Shown here piece after piece: positions 52,700 through 64,000 of a stretch of DNA of 64,000 bases. Source of the DNA: Ptychomitrium polyphyllum (taxonomy: Eukaryota). Below the pieces are notes generated by a model that saw nothing but the letters and a program-made list of their open reading frames with translations, had not been told where the DNA came from and made no database searches. The stretch spans positions 14,074,001 through 14,138,000 of the forward strand of contig OZ316776.1 in the NCBI GenBank assembly GCA_973851085.1. The letters are read 5' to 3'. Within the stretch, counting starts at the first letter, position 1. Each line of letters begins with the position of its first letter. The position numbers and the translations under genes were made by a program.

Positions 52700-54533
52700 T
52701 ATCAAGGAGTCCAAATATCAACAACAATGGGTACTTGGTTCTTCATTGTGACTTTGCTGAGGCCGCAATAATCAACACAAATCTTTGAAGATCAATTTCT
52801 TCTCTTCACAAAAAGTATTGCAGCAGCGGCAAGAGATTTCAAATGTCAAATGAAATTCTTTACTAAGGTTTTCATCAATGTACTTCCATATACCAAAAAT
52901 TGATTTTGAAATAAGCATTATTTTGGAAATCAACGATATTATATTGGAAATCAACAACAAGTTTACAAGAGCGGTGTTCTAACAAGGAGTCTGCATTTTT
53001 TTTTCAAAGAAGTCTTGAAAATCCTTATATGCTTTAGAATTTTGTGGTTGAAATAGTCATAGCTTGCAAATGACGTCTCTTGCTTAGTAGTCCTCATAAA
53101 TGCCCTTGCTTCAATGAACAATAGTCTTTTAGTCTTGAATTTTTGAAGCATGAAAGGTCCACTCATTGATTTGATAATAGTAAGTTCTATTTCAAGAAAT
53201 ATATTATGAATTAGTATATCCAATGTATCTGCAAGTTATATCTCTTCAACCATGAAAGGTTTAATATGATTGAATCAAATAGTAGCCAAATGCTATTGAA
53301 TACAACTTAGCTACTATGGTTGTTAATGTTCTACTAATAGTGTTAATTCTTAAATGACATCTCTAGAAAATATAAGTTGGTCATTTATAACCTTTACATA
53401 TACGACATTGGACTTTTGTATTATCCATGTTTTGTGCAATTTACAAAATCCCTCGTTTATAAAACATGCAGAAGCTTCCAAATCTAATAATGCATCACAA
53501 TTCAATTTTGTAGGATCTAGATATATTAATACATTAGAGCAATAAGTAGGATTTGAAAATACAAGACCTTTTTGGGCTTTTACGATAAGTGAGTCCAATT
53601 AAATGGTCCCTTTTATGGCTAAATGCCTTGGTTTTCTAACATAAAATTGATTGATATAGATGCGCTTTTCATTTAATGCTTGCATTGTCTTTCTTGACAA
53701 CTTTTCAATTTATGGATGGACTTTCTATAATACATACATAAGCCTATGTTGCAATAATAGTTTTTTTTTTGTTAAATGAGAGGCTTGAAGCAAACTGCAT
53801 CAATCTGCATATCTTTAACTTCCGTGTATATATTAGAATTAGATGATGTCAAAGTTGTTGAATAATTGGTATAATGTTACAATACAATTGTAAAGCCGCT
53901 AGCTTATTGTTGTTGAAACAATCAATTGTAGCATCTCACCGCTTGATCAATTGCTTTTATAAGGTTTTGAAAGTCATATATGGACAATAGTAGGTCATTT
54001 ACATTTCCTCTTAATCCTTTATAAAAATTATTAATTAAGGCTCTTTCATTCCAATTAATGATATACAATAGTTGCCAAAACTCTAATGCATATGCTAAAA
54101 TTGAGCATATTCCTTGCTACAATGCTAGAATTTTAGTTGTTGTAGAGCATAACTTGTCATGATTACCAAATAATTTTGCTTCTACTCCTTAAAAAGCATA
54201 AAATTTTATCAACATAGAAGAATATTTTTCAAAGAACAAAACAAACTAAAATAAAGCTTGTTCTATGTTTAAAGTTCCTTCCAATCTAAAGCATGATATT
54301 TCCTTCAAATATTATTATATTTGGAGCAAAATAATGAATTGCACTTAATTCACAAACCTTCAAAATTTGAAATAAGTATCATCAAAATTCTTTAGAAGGC
54401 TAAATTTTAACTCTTTGACTCTAGAACTTCTACCATAGAAAAACAGTCTACTTACTTAAGCTTAAGCAAAAGTTTATGTTTGTGCTATAGAAACTCCATA
54501 GACCAACTGTTATAATTGTTGAGATAGTGCATA
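52700..54533 (-). mobile_element. Degenerate older Gypsy gag-protease-RT remnant flanking the younger element
   Basis: Protease-like ALLDLEASACFINEGF (53350-53598), RT-start-like KYIDENLSKEF (about 52870), gag-like INWNERAL...GLRGNV (about 54000-54060); many stops. Confidence 0.7.
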
Positions 54534-55677
54534 TGTCGCAACCCTCGTAATGCACCTTAGCAAGTGTCACGCATGTCAATCCTGTACACCCCCACATGCA
54601 CATGGCTAACCCCATTCTCATTCTCCAAGTCCCTCTACTATTTCTCTTAGGATACTCAATTGATTGGTTGCTAATGGTTAGGTGCGGACTTCCATTCATG
54701 TCCAAGGCCTCACTTGGTATTACTTCCATTCTACACGGCATAACCGCACTTAGTAGTGTCTCCTCACCACCACTCATGATCCCCATGTGATCCTAAGATC
54801 AGCCCGGGTCATCATGGTGCCGGCGTGAAGACACCACCTCAACTTAGTGGTAATAAGTGTGTCTTTTTAAACGTACTAGTCTCCTCTATGAAACCGGCCA
54901 TCCACCAAATCACAATGGTGTGGAAGTCCCCGTGGTGAAGCCTCAAAACTAACTCTACCAACCGAGACTCACCCTTGGTTCCTAACGAGACATTAGAAGA
55001 GTGGGGAGGAGAACCAGCCCTCCCCTATAGTACTCTCTGTGGGATTTGGCAGGCCCCCTGGCCTTCTGTAGTTGGCTGAACCCCGACACATCCAAACTTT
55101 TGGAAGACCACGTAATCTCCCTTGGAACTTAGCCGCTGGAAGCCTCTGGAATTCCCTACGGACCTTTAGAGAGCCATATCTTTCATATTTGGTGCCCGAA
55201 TCTATCAAAAGACCACTCTATCATCATCTACTCTTTGTGTAAATGCCGATAGATTCCTCAAACGTCTAATTTGAATTAATAGTTTGGGAGATATGCCTCT
55301 CCCAAGGTTTGGGACTCCCAGGGAGTCCCTCCCTAGACTGTCCCAGTCCAGTACAGTCACTGTGTAGGGCTGCCACAGTCCAAAACAGCCCCTTGGCAAC
55401 TTCAACTTTGGGATGCCATATCTTTTAGCTCCCCTATCCGATTTGAGCAATCTTTAGCATTCTATAATTAGCTCTTTGTAATTCCTCCAATACCTATGAT
55501 TTATCCCTCGTGGCCCTCGGTCTACATGGACAAGGATGTTTCTCCTCCTAGGGGTCCTTCCCACGCTAAGCCTATTCGGTTCCCTTCACTATCGGCACTA
55601 CAAGTCCCGGACGTCACTCTGGGGTCCTCCTTGTGCTCTTAATGTTGCGGACACTCCTCAAGGAAAAGTGCGCGACA
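54534..55677 (-). repeat. 3' LTR (1144 bp)
   Basis: Starts tgtcgcaacc, ends gcgcgaca; aligns along its length with 61127-62239. Confidence 0.92.
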
Positions 55678-55686
55678 CTCACCTCC
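55678..55686 (-). promoter_or_regulatory. Polypurine tract
   Basis: Minus-strand GGAGGTGAG immediately before the 3' LTR. Confidence 0.7.
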
Positions 55687-58600
55687 AACGTAATGGAGTC
55701 GATGTCCTCATTGACTATATTTATAGTCGGCACATCATTTCCAAGATATCCATCCTCTAGTGGTGCAGCATTGTATTTCATCCAAAATGCAACTCCCACA
55801 ATGCACTCATAAATCTTTGGCAAAGTCTCAAAGGTATTGTTTAGAAGGTGGTCTGTTTAGGCACTCTAGACAAAATTCTTGGGGTCCTAAACTACTCTAG
55901 ACCTACCTATTTTGAGACCTTCCTGGGATAAACTCCCCAGGTTTACTACACTTCCCTAACTCTACCTTTTTTACTAAGGTGAACCTTGATGCTACACCAA
56001 GTTGTCTTGATTGCAAACCCAAGGTGGCTTTTACTCCACAACTCCATCGCACGGCGGTAATGCCAAGTTCCGCTCAATCTGGATCCTACTTTCCCTTTGA
56101 GATATGGATTCATGACTCCCATGCACTAATTTTTGTTGTTTTGTTGGAGTGGCGCTTATATGAGCACGCGCCATTACTTTGTCCTTGCCCAAACAAGCCC
56201 GAGGCGAGGAGGTTTCATGGTTTTAACCATTCTTCCTCCCAGCCTTGGTCCCCATTACTCGGCCTTCCCAACTTGGTTTCACATGTCTATTCCCCCTCTT
56301 CTACCAACTTAGCACAAGCATAAGACTAGGACGTCATCTTGTCCTCTTCTCTTTGCACACACAAAAGTTGAACTGTATTGCCATAAGTCAAAGAACCAAT
56401 ACATGATGTAAAGAAGTTACTGCTACAAGTCTCTCTTCCCCTACTAAAAGAGATTGATGTCCTCATCAATGCCGACGTTGTCTTTTGTTGGAGTTCCTAT
56501 CCCTTTCAAAAGGTTCCACCACTTCATTGGCATTTCCCAAGTCCTTGGCCGCTACCCAAGTTGCTTCCTTTTCATAGTACCTTCTCCACTTCACCAAATA
56601 TTCTTTTCCTATTTTCTTGTGGTGCCTACACTTGAGAATTCCTTCTACTTCGTATTCCAAGTGGTTGTCCACCAATTCCGGCAGTGGCCAAATCACTTGT
56701 TTGCGATTGGGCCACAAGGTATCTTTTTTGAATGGCTTAAGGAGTGAGACATGAAATGTTGGGTGCACTTCGATTTCAAATGGTAGCTCCAACTTGTACA
56801 CATCTTTAAATACCCGCTCCACAATAGAAAACGGCCCCGTAAACTTAGACATGAACTTTGGAGTGAGGCCTTCGGGCAAGTTAAAGTTCTTGACATTCAA
56901 CAACACCTTTTGGCCTACTTCATACTCCACTTCACGTCTTCCGGCATTGACTTGTTTCTTGTACCGCTTTTGTGCCTTTTCCAACAAAAGCTTGGTCTTC
57001 TCTAACATTTATTCCCGCGTTTTGGCCAAATTCTCACCATCTTGGTTAAATTCTAGTGTTGAATGAAAATCCTTCAAGAGCTAAGTCGGCAGGCTAGAGT
57101 GGCTCCACTCCATAGACCACCTTAAATGGCGACTATTTTGTCGCCAAATGATTGGCCGCATTGTAATTGAACTCCGCTAGGCTCACATAATCCACCCAAT
57201 CGCACTAGTCTGCACTCACAAAGTTCCTCAAGTATTGGTTCAAGACTCCGTTCACTTGTTCCGTTTGCCCATCCGTTTGAGGATGGAAGGTAGTGTTAAA
57301 CGTCAATTTGGTTCCAACTTTGCTAAAGAAATGTTTCCAAAAAGCACTAGTGAATTTTGGATCTCGGTCCGACACAATCACTCTTGGCAACTCGTGATGT
57401 TTCCACCATGCATCGAGGAATAGCTTTGCGGTCTCATGTGCAGTTTCGATTCCTCTACTTGGCACCATGTGCGCCAACTTGCTAAAGCGATCGACCATCA
57501 CGAAGATGGCATCATACCCTTGCAATTCTGGAAGACTTGTGATGAAGTCCATGGACATGCTATGCCATGGACTCGGTGGAATTGGCAAAGGTTGTAGTAG
57601 ACCGGCTTGCTTTTGATAAAAGGCTCTATTGAGTTGGCACTTCACACAAGTTTTCACAAAGTCGGTGATGTCCGCTTTCATGCCCGACCAATAGTACCTT
57701 CTTGACACCGCCGCTATGGTGGATTTTTCCCCTCTATGGCCGGCTATGGGACTATCATGTTCTTCTTTCAAAACCAACAACCGTAGTTTTTCTTGAGGCA
57801 CATACACCCGACCTTGTTTGTACTTTAGCAATCCCTTCTCCAACTTAATTTCCTTAAGTTTCTTACCCTTCTTAAGCTCACCGAGAAGCCTTTGTGCTTC
57901 GGAATCCTTCATGTACCCCTCTCTTATCTTCCTTTCCAAATTGCCTTCTTCTTTGTACATTACTCGCAGGACTTGGGTTGTGCCCTTTGCTAGCAACTCC
58001 TCCCGCCTACTTAGAGCATCCGGCACTACATTGTCTTGCCCCGGCTTGTGGATCAAATCCACATTCATGAGTGCCAAGGTGTCGTGCCACCTCAATTGTT
58101 TTGCACTCATTTGTGCTTGCGACTCAAAGTACTTCAAGGACACGTTGTCCGTGTAGACTTTGGTATTATGTAGGCCCAAGTAGTGCCGCCATGTTTTCAA
58201 ACAATGCACTACAACAAAGAGTTCTTTCTCGTGCATGGGCCACCTCTTTTGGCACCCATTCAACTTCATGCTCTCACAGGCAATTGGCATGCCTTCTTGC
58301 ATGAGCACTCCGCCAATGGCAAAGTCACTTACATCCCTGTGGACCTCAAAAGGCTTTTCAAACTCAAGAAACTTCAATACCGGCGGTTGAAATAATTTGT
58401 CCTTGAGTTCCTTAAAAGCTTGGTGACAAAATTCATCTCATATTTGGCTAGCTCCTTTCTTCAACAAGTCGGACAAAGGTCTAGTAATTTTGGAGAAATT
58501 GTATATGAATCTCCTCTAATAATTTGCTAGGCCGAGAAATGATCTCAGCCCCTTTTATGTAGAAGGTTGTTTCCACTCTCTAATTGCCTTTATCTTCCTT

Positions 58601-61112
58601 ATGTCCGGCTTGATTCCATCATCCGTTACTATGTGGCCCAAGAACTCAATCGCAAGTTGAGCAAACTCACTCTTTTCTCCGTTGGCATAAAGCTTGTGGT
58701 CCCTAAGTTTTTGAAGCACCACTTCGAGGTGCCTTGCATGTTCTTCTGCCAACTTGGAGTACACCAAGATGTCATTAATGTAGACAATGACAAAGTCATC
58801 CATCTCTTCTTGAAAGATGGTATTCATGAGGGTCGTGAACATTGAAGGAGCATTACACAACCCAAATGGCATCACCAAAAATTCATAGGACCCATACCTA
58901 GTGCGGCATGCGGTCTTTGGCACGTCTTCATCCGCAATGTGGATTTGATAGTAGCCCGACTTCAAGTCTATCCGACTAAAGTATTTAGCTCCCGCCAATC
59001 TATCAAAGAGGTCATCAATGCGAGGCAAAGGATAGTTGTTCTTGATGGTGGCTTTATTCAAGGCTCTATAGTCGACGCACATGCGGAGCTTGCCATCCTT
59101 TTTGTCTACAAAGAGGACCGATGCTCCATATGGCGACTTACTTGGCCTAACATAGCCTCTTTCCAACAAGTCATTCAATTGCTTCTTCAATTCCTCTTGC
59201 TCTTTTTGGTTCAACCGGTATAGAACCTTTGAAGGGGGCTTCATTCCCGGTATTACTCCAATTTTGTGATCCCCTTCTCTTCTTGATAATAACTCTGCGG
59301 GCAGCTCATTGGTGAGCACATCCTTGTAACCTTTTAGTACAATTTGAATGCACTTGGAAATAGTTCTTACCTCCTTGGCACTTGGCCTATTGCCTTCTTC
59401 TTGTTCCATATGCATCACAACAACAAATTGATTATTCTCTAATTGCTTTAAGGAGACTAAGTTCAACTTTCTTCCCACAACCATAGGAGTCCTAATCAAC
59501 TTCAATATTGCCTCCTTTCCACCACAGTGCACTACTAACCGTGTTGGCTTTCGCTTCACATCCACCACATGAATTTCAAAAAAGGTATCACCTAAAATGA
59601 GGTCTATCTCATCCATCTCACATAGTGTAAAATTTTCCTTCAATTCCAATGTTCCACTGCTTAAGGCCACATCCAACACCACCTCTTTTATCTCGTACGG
59701 TTTGCCTTTTGCAAATTGCACATTGATGGCAAGCCCAACTTCCTTGCTAGCTTGGAACTCATGAAGGAGTGCGTTGCCGCTGTGTCAATTAAACATAAGA
59801 CATTTTTGCCATTTATTTAGTTCTCAAGGTACAAGAGACTCAACCTTGCTTTAAGGCTACTAGCCTTAGCCACAAATCCACCTTCTAAAATGTGATCTAC
59901 AACACAAGTGTGACAAGCTTTGGTACTCAACTTTTTATCGGGGCACTCCGCAATGAAGTGACCAATCTTGCCACACCCGTGGCAATGCTTGTGCTTCACC
60001 TCAGCACCCTTATCTCCCAATTTGAATGGTTTTTTCTCATGATGGTCCACTTTGTTGTAGGCCCTTCCATCTACTTGTTCCTTGTGGTTGTTTCCAAAGC
60101 CAAATTTCTTGCGTTCTCCGCCGCGAGATACATTTCGGCTCAATCCATTTTGATGAGAGAGACCACTTGATTTTTTTTCGGGTCCGTCGGCTTCAATTCT
60201 TTCCACAATCTTAATGATTCTCGCCACGTTCTCTGGAGGCTTTGGGAACTTGAACAAGGCATCCACCACCCACTTTTGAAGCCCACCTAAAAAGATGCAT
60301 TTCTTTGAAAACTCATCCATTTTGAATGTGGCATTCATTTGGGCGTTGAAATATTGCACATAAGTCTTGAGGGACCCGGTGTGCGTCATTTGCACCAAGT
60401 TCATGCCCTCCCTCAACTCTTGATATTCCGGAGTGAAGCGTTCATTCAAAATCTCCTTAAAACCGACCCAAGACAAAGTCGCCACCAACTCCGGCTCTTG
60501 CTCCTTTTTACTTGTCCACCATTGAAGAGCATGGTCCTTTAGAAAGGTCACCGCAATTGAAACCTTGTCCCCCTCGTCCGGCTTTTGAACATCATAATAG
60601 TTGTCAATTTCCAAAAAAAACTCCTTCACCTTCCTCGCTTTACCTAGCCTAGAAAAAGTGCTTGGCATGTTCACCTTGGCCAACTTCTTGGTCAAAGATG
60701 AGGGTTGGGAACCTTGTGCCTTCAAGTGCTCAATCAACTTCTCTTGACAGGTCCTTTTTTTTTTTGCCACGCTTGAATTCTTGGTTCACACCGTCCGTGA
60801 ACTCAAGCATTTTCATGCGAAAACTTAAGTTAGAGTCGCGACTTTCTAGGCCTTCAGGTAGCTCAGGAATCCTAGCTCCTAAGTACTCTACACCCTCCAA
60901 CGCTTCGTCTTGTTGAGTTTCCTCAACTTCCTCGGTGACTCTAATGTCATTCCCTTGCTCATTGGAATTGAAGGTTGGAGCCTCATTAATCGGATCGGGG
61001 TCTTTGTTCACCTTCATGCGTAGTCGTTTAGAGGCCCCGGGCTCACCGCCATCACGGGCCTTCTTCTTACCCATTGCCTCTTTGCAACGTAGCACTTGGA
61101 TATTCAAAGTCT

Positions 61113-61124
61113 GCTCTGATGCCA
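61113..61124 (-). promoter_or_regulatory. Primer-binding site, tRNA-iMet type
   Basis: Minus-strand TGGCATCAGAGC, 2 nt after the 5' LTR; one mismatch to the canonical TGGTATCAGAGC. Confidence 0.85.
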
Positions 61125-61126
61125 AA

Positions 61127-62239
61127 TGTCAAAACCCTTGTAATGCACCTTAGCAAGCGTCACGCACGTCAACCCTGTATACCCCAAACATACACATGGT
61201 TAACCCCCATTCTCACTCTCCAAGTCCTCCTACTATTTTTCTTAGGACATCCAAATGATTGGTAGCTAATGGTTTAGTGTGAACTTCCATTCATGTCCAA
61301 GGCCTCACTTGGTGTTACTCCCATTCTACATGGCATAACCACACTTAGTGGTGTTTCCTCACCACCACTCATGATTCTCATATGATCCTAAGATCACCCC
61401 AAGCCATCATGGTGCCAATGTAAACACACCACCCCAACTTAGTGGTAACAAGCGTGCCCTTGTTATCTCACTACTTTTCCTTGTGAAATGGGTCATCCAC
61501 TGGCTCATAATGGTGTGGGAGTCTCCGTGGTGAAGCTCCAACACTAGCTCCACCAACCGGGACTCACCCTTGATTCCTACCGGGACACTAGAGGTGTAGG
61601 GAGGGAAACCAGCCCTCTCCTATAGTACTCTCTGTGAGATTCGGCAGGCCCCCTAGCCCTCTGTAGCTGGCTAAACCTCGACACACCCAAAGTTTTGGAA
61701 GACCACCCGATTTCCTTTGGGACTTAGCCGCTGGAAGCCTCAGGAACTCCATGCGGACCTTTAGGGATCCTTATCTTCCATGTTTGGTGCTCGAATCTAT
61801 CGAGCGATCACTTTATTGCCATTTAGTCTTTGCGTAGATGCCGATAGACTCCTCAAACGTCCGATTTGAGTTAGTAGTCTGGGAGATATGCCTCTCCCAA
61901 GGTTCGGAACTCCCGGTGAGTCTCTCTTTGAACTACCACAGTCCAAAACAGCCTCTTGGCGACCTCAACTTTGGGATGCCATATCTTTGAGCTCCCATGT
62001 CCGGTTTGAGCAATCTTTAGCATTTTAGAATCAGCTCTTCGTGAGTCCTCTAATGCCCAAAATTTCTCTGTTGTAGCCCTTGGTCTACATGGGCAAGGAT
62101 ATATCTCTCCTCGGGGTCTTTCCCACTCTAGGCCCACTCGATTCTCCTCATTATTGGCGCCACAAGTCCCGGACGTCACTCCGGGGTCCTCCTTATACCC
62201 TTAGTGTTGCAGACACTCCTCAAAGAGAGGTGCGTGACA
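61127..62239 (-). repeat. 5' LTR (1113 bp)
   Basis: Starts tgtcaaaacc, ends gcgtgaca; homologous to 54534-55677. Confidence 0.92.
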
Positions 62240-63360
62240 TTGGAAGTTTTCCAAATCCAAGATAAGTTTCTTGGAAGTTTTCCAAGTCAAGAAAACTTCC
62301 TTGGAAGCTTCTGAAATACTTTAAGAACATTTCTAGATGCTTCCAATTTGTATATTTTTGACAATATTTGGACTTGATATTAAAAATCAAAAATCACAAC
62401 AAGATATAAGGCCTAAAAATCTGAGCTAAACTATAAGAGATGCGTCGTTATGACTAAAGATTCTTTTAGCCTTAACTCTTATATAAATCATAGATCTAGA
62501 ATCCCTTGGAAGTTTTTCAAGAGGTTCACAATACACTGCTTTGTATTGAATCAAATTAAAATTGCATTTTTGAAAGCTTACTTAACATATTTTGATATTT
62601 TAAAATGAAGTTAGCTATTTCAATAACTTCTTAGAGATGCTTGAATCTTCTTAGAACCTTTTTTGATCTTCTACAAATATTTTCAAATTCTTTGGACCTT
62701 CTTAATTCTTTTAAAAGTTTTAATATATGTTCCAAATAACCAATGATTGTCGCAGATATACATTATACAACATAATCCTAAAGAACCTTTCAATAGCTTT
62801 TTACTAGCTTTAAAAACCTTTTAGTAGTTTCAATAATCTTTTATTTTTATTTTTAAATTTCTTAAAAAGTTCCATCGACCTCTAATGTCACGGATATATA
62901 TATATATATTAGAAGCTCTTAGAGAGATTCTTAACAGACTTAAAAAAGCCAAAGAAACTTCCAAAAAAATTATTTTATCTAAAAAAGCTTCTAAAGAAGT
63001 TACCTTGGTTGAAAAGCTTCTAAAGAAGTATTTCAAGGTTACTTGAATACAAAGCATTGTATTAGAAGCTTCTTAAGAAGCTTCCAAGGTTTGTAACTCT
63101 ATTATATATTGGAATCAACACATCTCTTTAAGCTTAGCTTAGAATATCTAATCTTGTTTCTGTTACTTTGTTTTAGCTATTTGCTTCTAATACAAATTAG
63201 AAAATCTTATTTCACATCCTAAAGATTTGTACTTTTGTCTTGTTGTTACTCTATTCATAACATCTAGAACATTCTATGGATTTATAAGGTGCACTTTTTT
63301 ATATGTATTAGGAAGCATGGATTTTGTGATATAAATAAGATATAAGATAAGGTACACTTC
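62240..63360. repeat. Two degenerate LTR-like repeat copies in opposite orientation (about 62240-62720 minus, about 62890-63360 plus)
   Basis: The reverse complement of 62400-62560 (aaagcagtgtattg...aacttccaagg...tatataagagttaaggct...gcatctctt) matches plus-strand 63050-63130 and 14190-14310. Confidence 0.55.
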
Positions 63361-64000
63361 TTTCTTACCAAGATAAATCATAGACCATTATCTATAATGT
63401 TGCTTTATTCCAATTCTTATATTAGTTGATTTTATACTATAGTCTCTTAAAAAGTAATAATGAAAATTAGTGCTTGTTTATATTCTTGTTTCTTGTAATT
63501 CTAATATTCACTCAATAAGGCATTTGAAATTTTATTATACATGGTCTTTTTTATTATAGCTATAGTTGTTTTTTTCTCTATTGCTAACAAATAAATTAAC
63601 ATAATCAATGACATGCAAGCTAATTCCAATTTACAAATATAGACCAAAAATAATAATATAAAAAAACCTTATCATTTTTATCACAATTAATTCTTTATTA
63701 CTTACAATAATTTAAAATAAAATCTAAAGGCTTAAATTTTAAAATATTAGAGATTTTAATGGTAAAAGCTTTTAATTCCATCACTTCCATTTTGGAAGGG
63801 TAGTGGCTCTTATTCAATACTATTTAGTTTTTTCACAACTAAATTAGAATGATTACAAATCCTTCAAAATAAAGACATTTTAGATAAATTATTTTTTTGC
63901 AATTAAGACAATAGTTTGATATAAAGAAGGATTTCTTGTAATAGTGCATATGACATCCCACCATGATGAAAATTGATTGTATAAAATAAAAAATACTCTA

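Larger units (their letters stand above)
54534..62239 (-). mobile_element. Near full-length Ty3/Gypsy chromovirus LTR retrotransposon (gag-PR-RT-RH-IN-chromodomain) with a few stops and frameshifts
   Basis: LTRs 54534-55677 and 61127-62239 (TG...CA). Gag with zinc knuckle CHGCGKIGHFIAEC (59817-60770); protease [10 protein letters not shown] (about 59760-59800); [31 protein letters not shown] (YIDD mutated); RNaseH and integrase (HDSPIAGH...CVKC, SMDFI, VSDRD); chromodomain YEVEGIL...YLVKW. Confidence 0.95.

Overview
Eukaryotic plant genomic DNA; the GC-rich, intron-containing genes separated by very AT-rich decayed LTR-retrotransposon debris look moss-like (organism is my inference). Five protein-coding genes can be reconstructed by hand with GT-AG introns and consistent phases: the 5' part of a SPLAYED-like SNF2 chromatin remodeller (minus, runs off the left edge), an RBM26/27-like PWI-CCCH-RRM protein (minus), a complete RabD/Rab1 GTPase (plus), a chloroplast single-CRM (YhbY-like) RNA-binding protein (minus), and a spliced gene at 40425-44595 or further. 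That last gene fuses a Crypton/DUF3504-like tyrosine-recombinase domain with apparently substituted catalytic residues to a Cys-rich/coiled-coil/BTB module, and is the best candidate for an undescribed system (a domesticated transposon recombinase, architecturally parallel to vertebrate KCTD1). A pseudogenised BTB paralogue lies tail-to-tail with it. A near full-length Ty3/Gypsy chromovirus (54534-62239, minus) has PBS, PPT and two diverged LTRs but no matching target-site duplication. All domain assignments come from reading motifs by eye; no searches were run.
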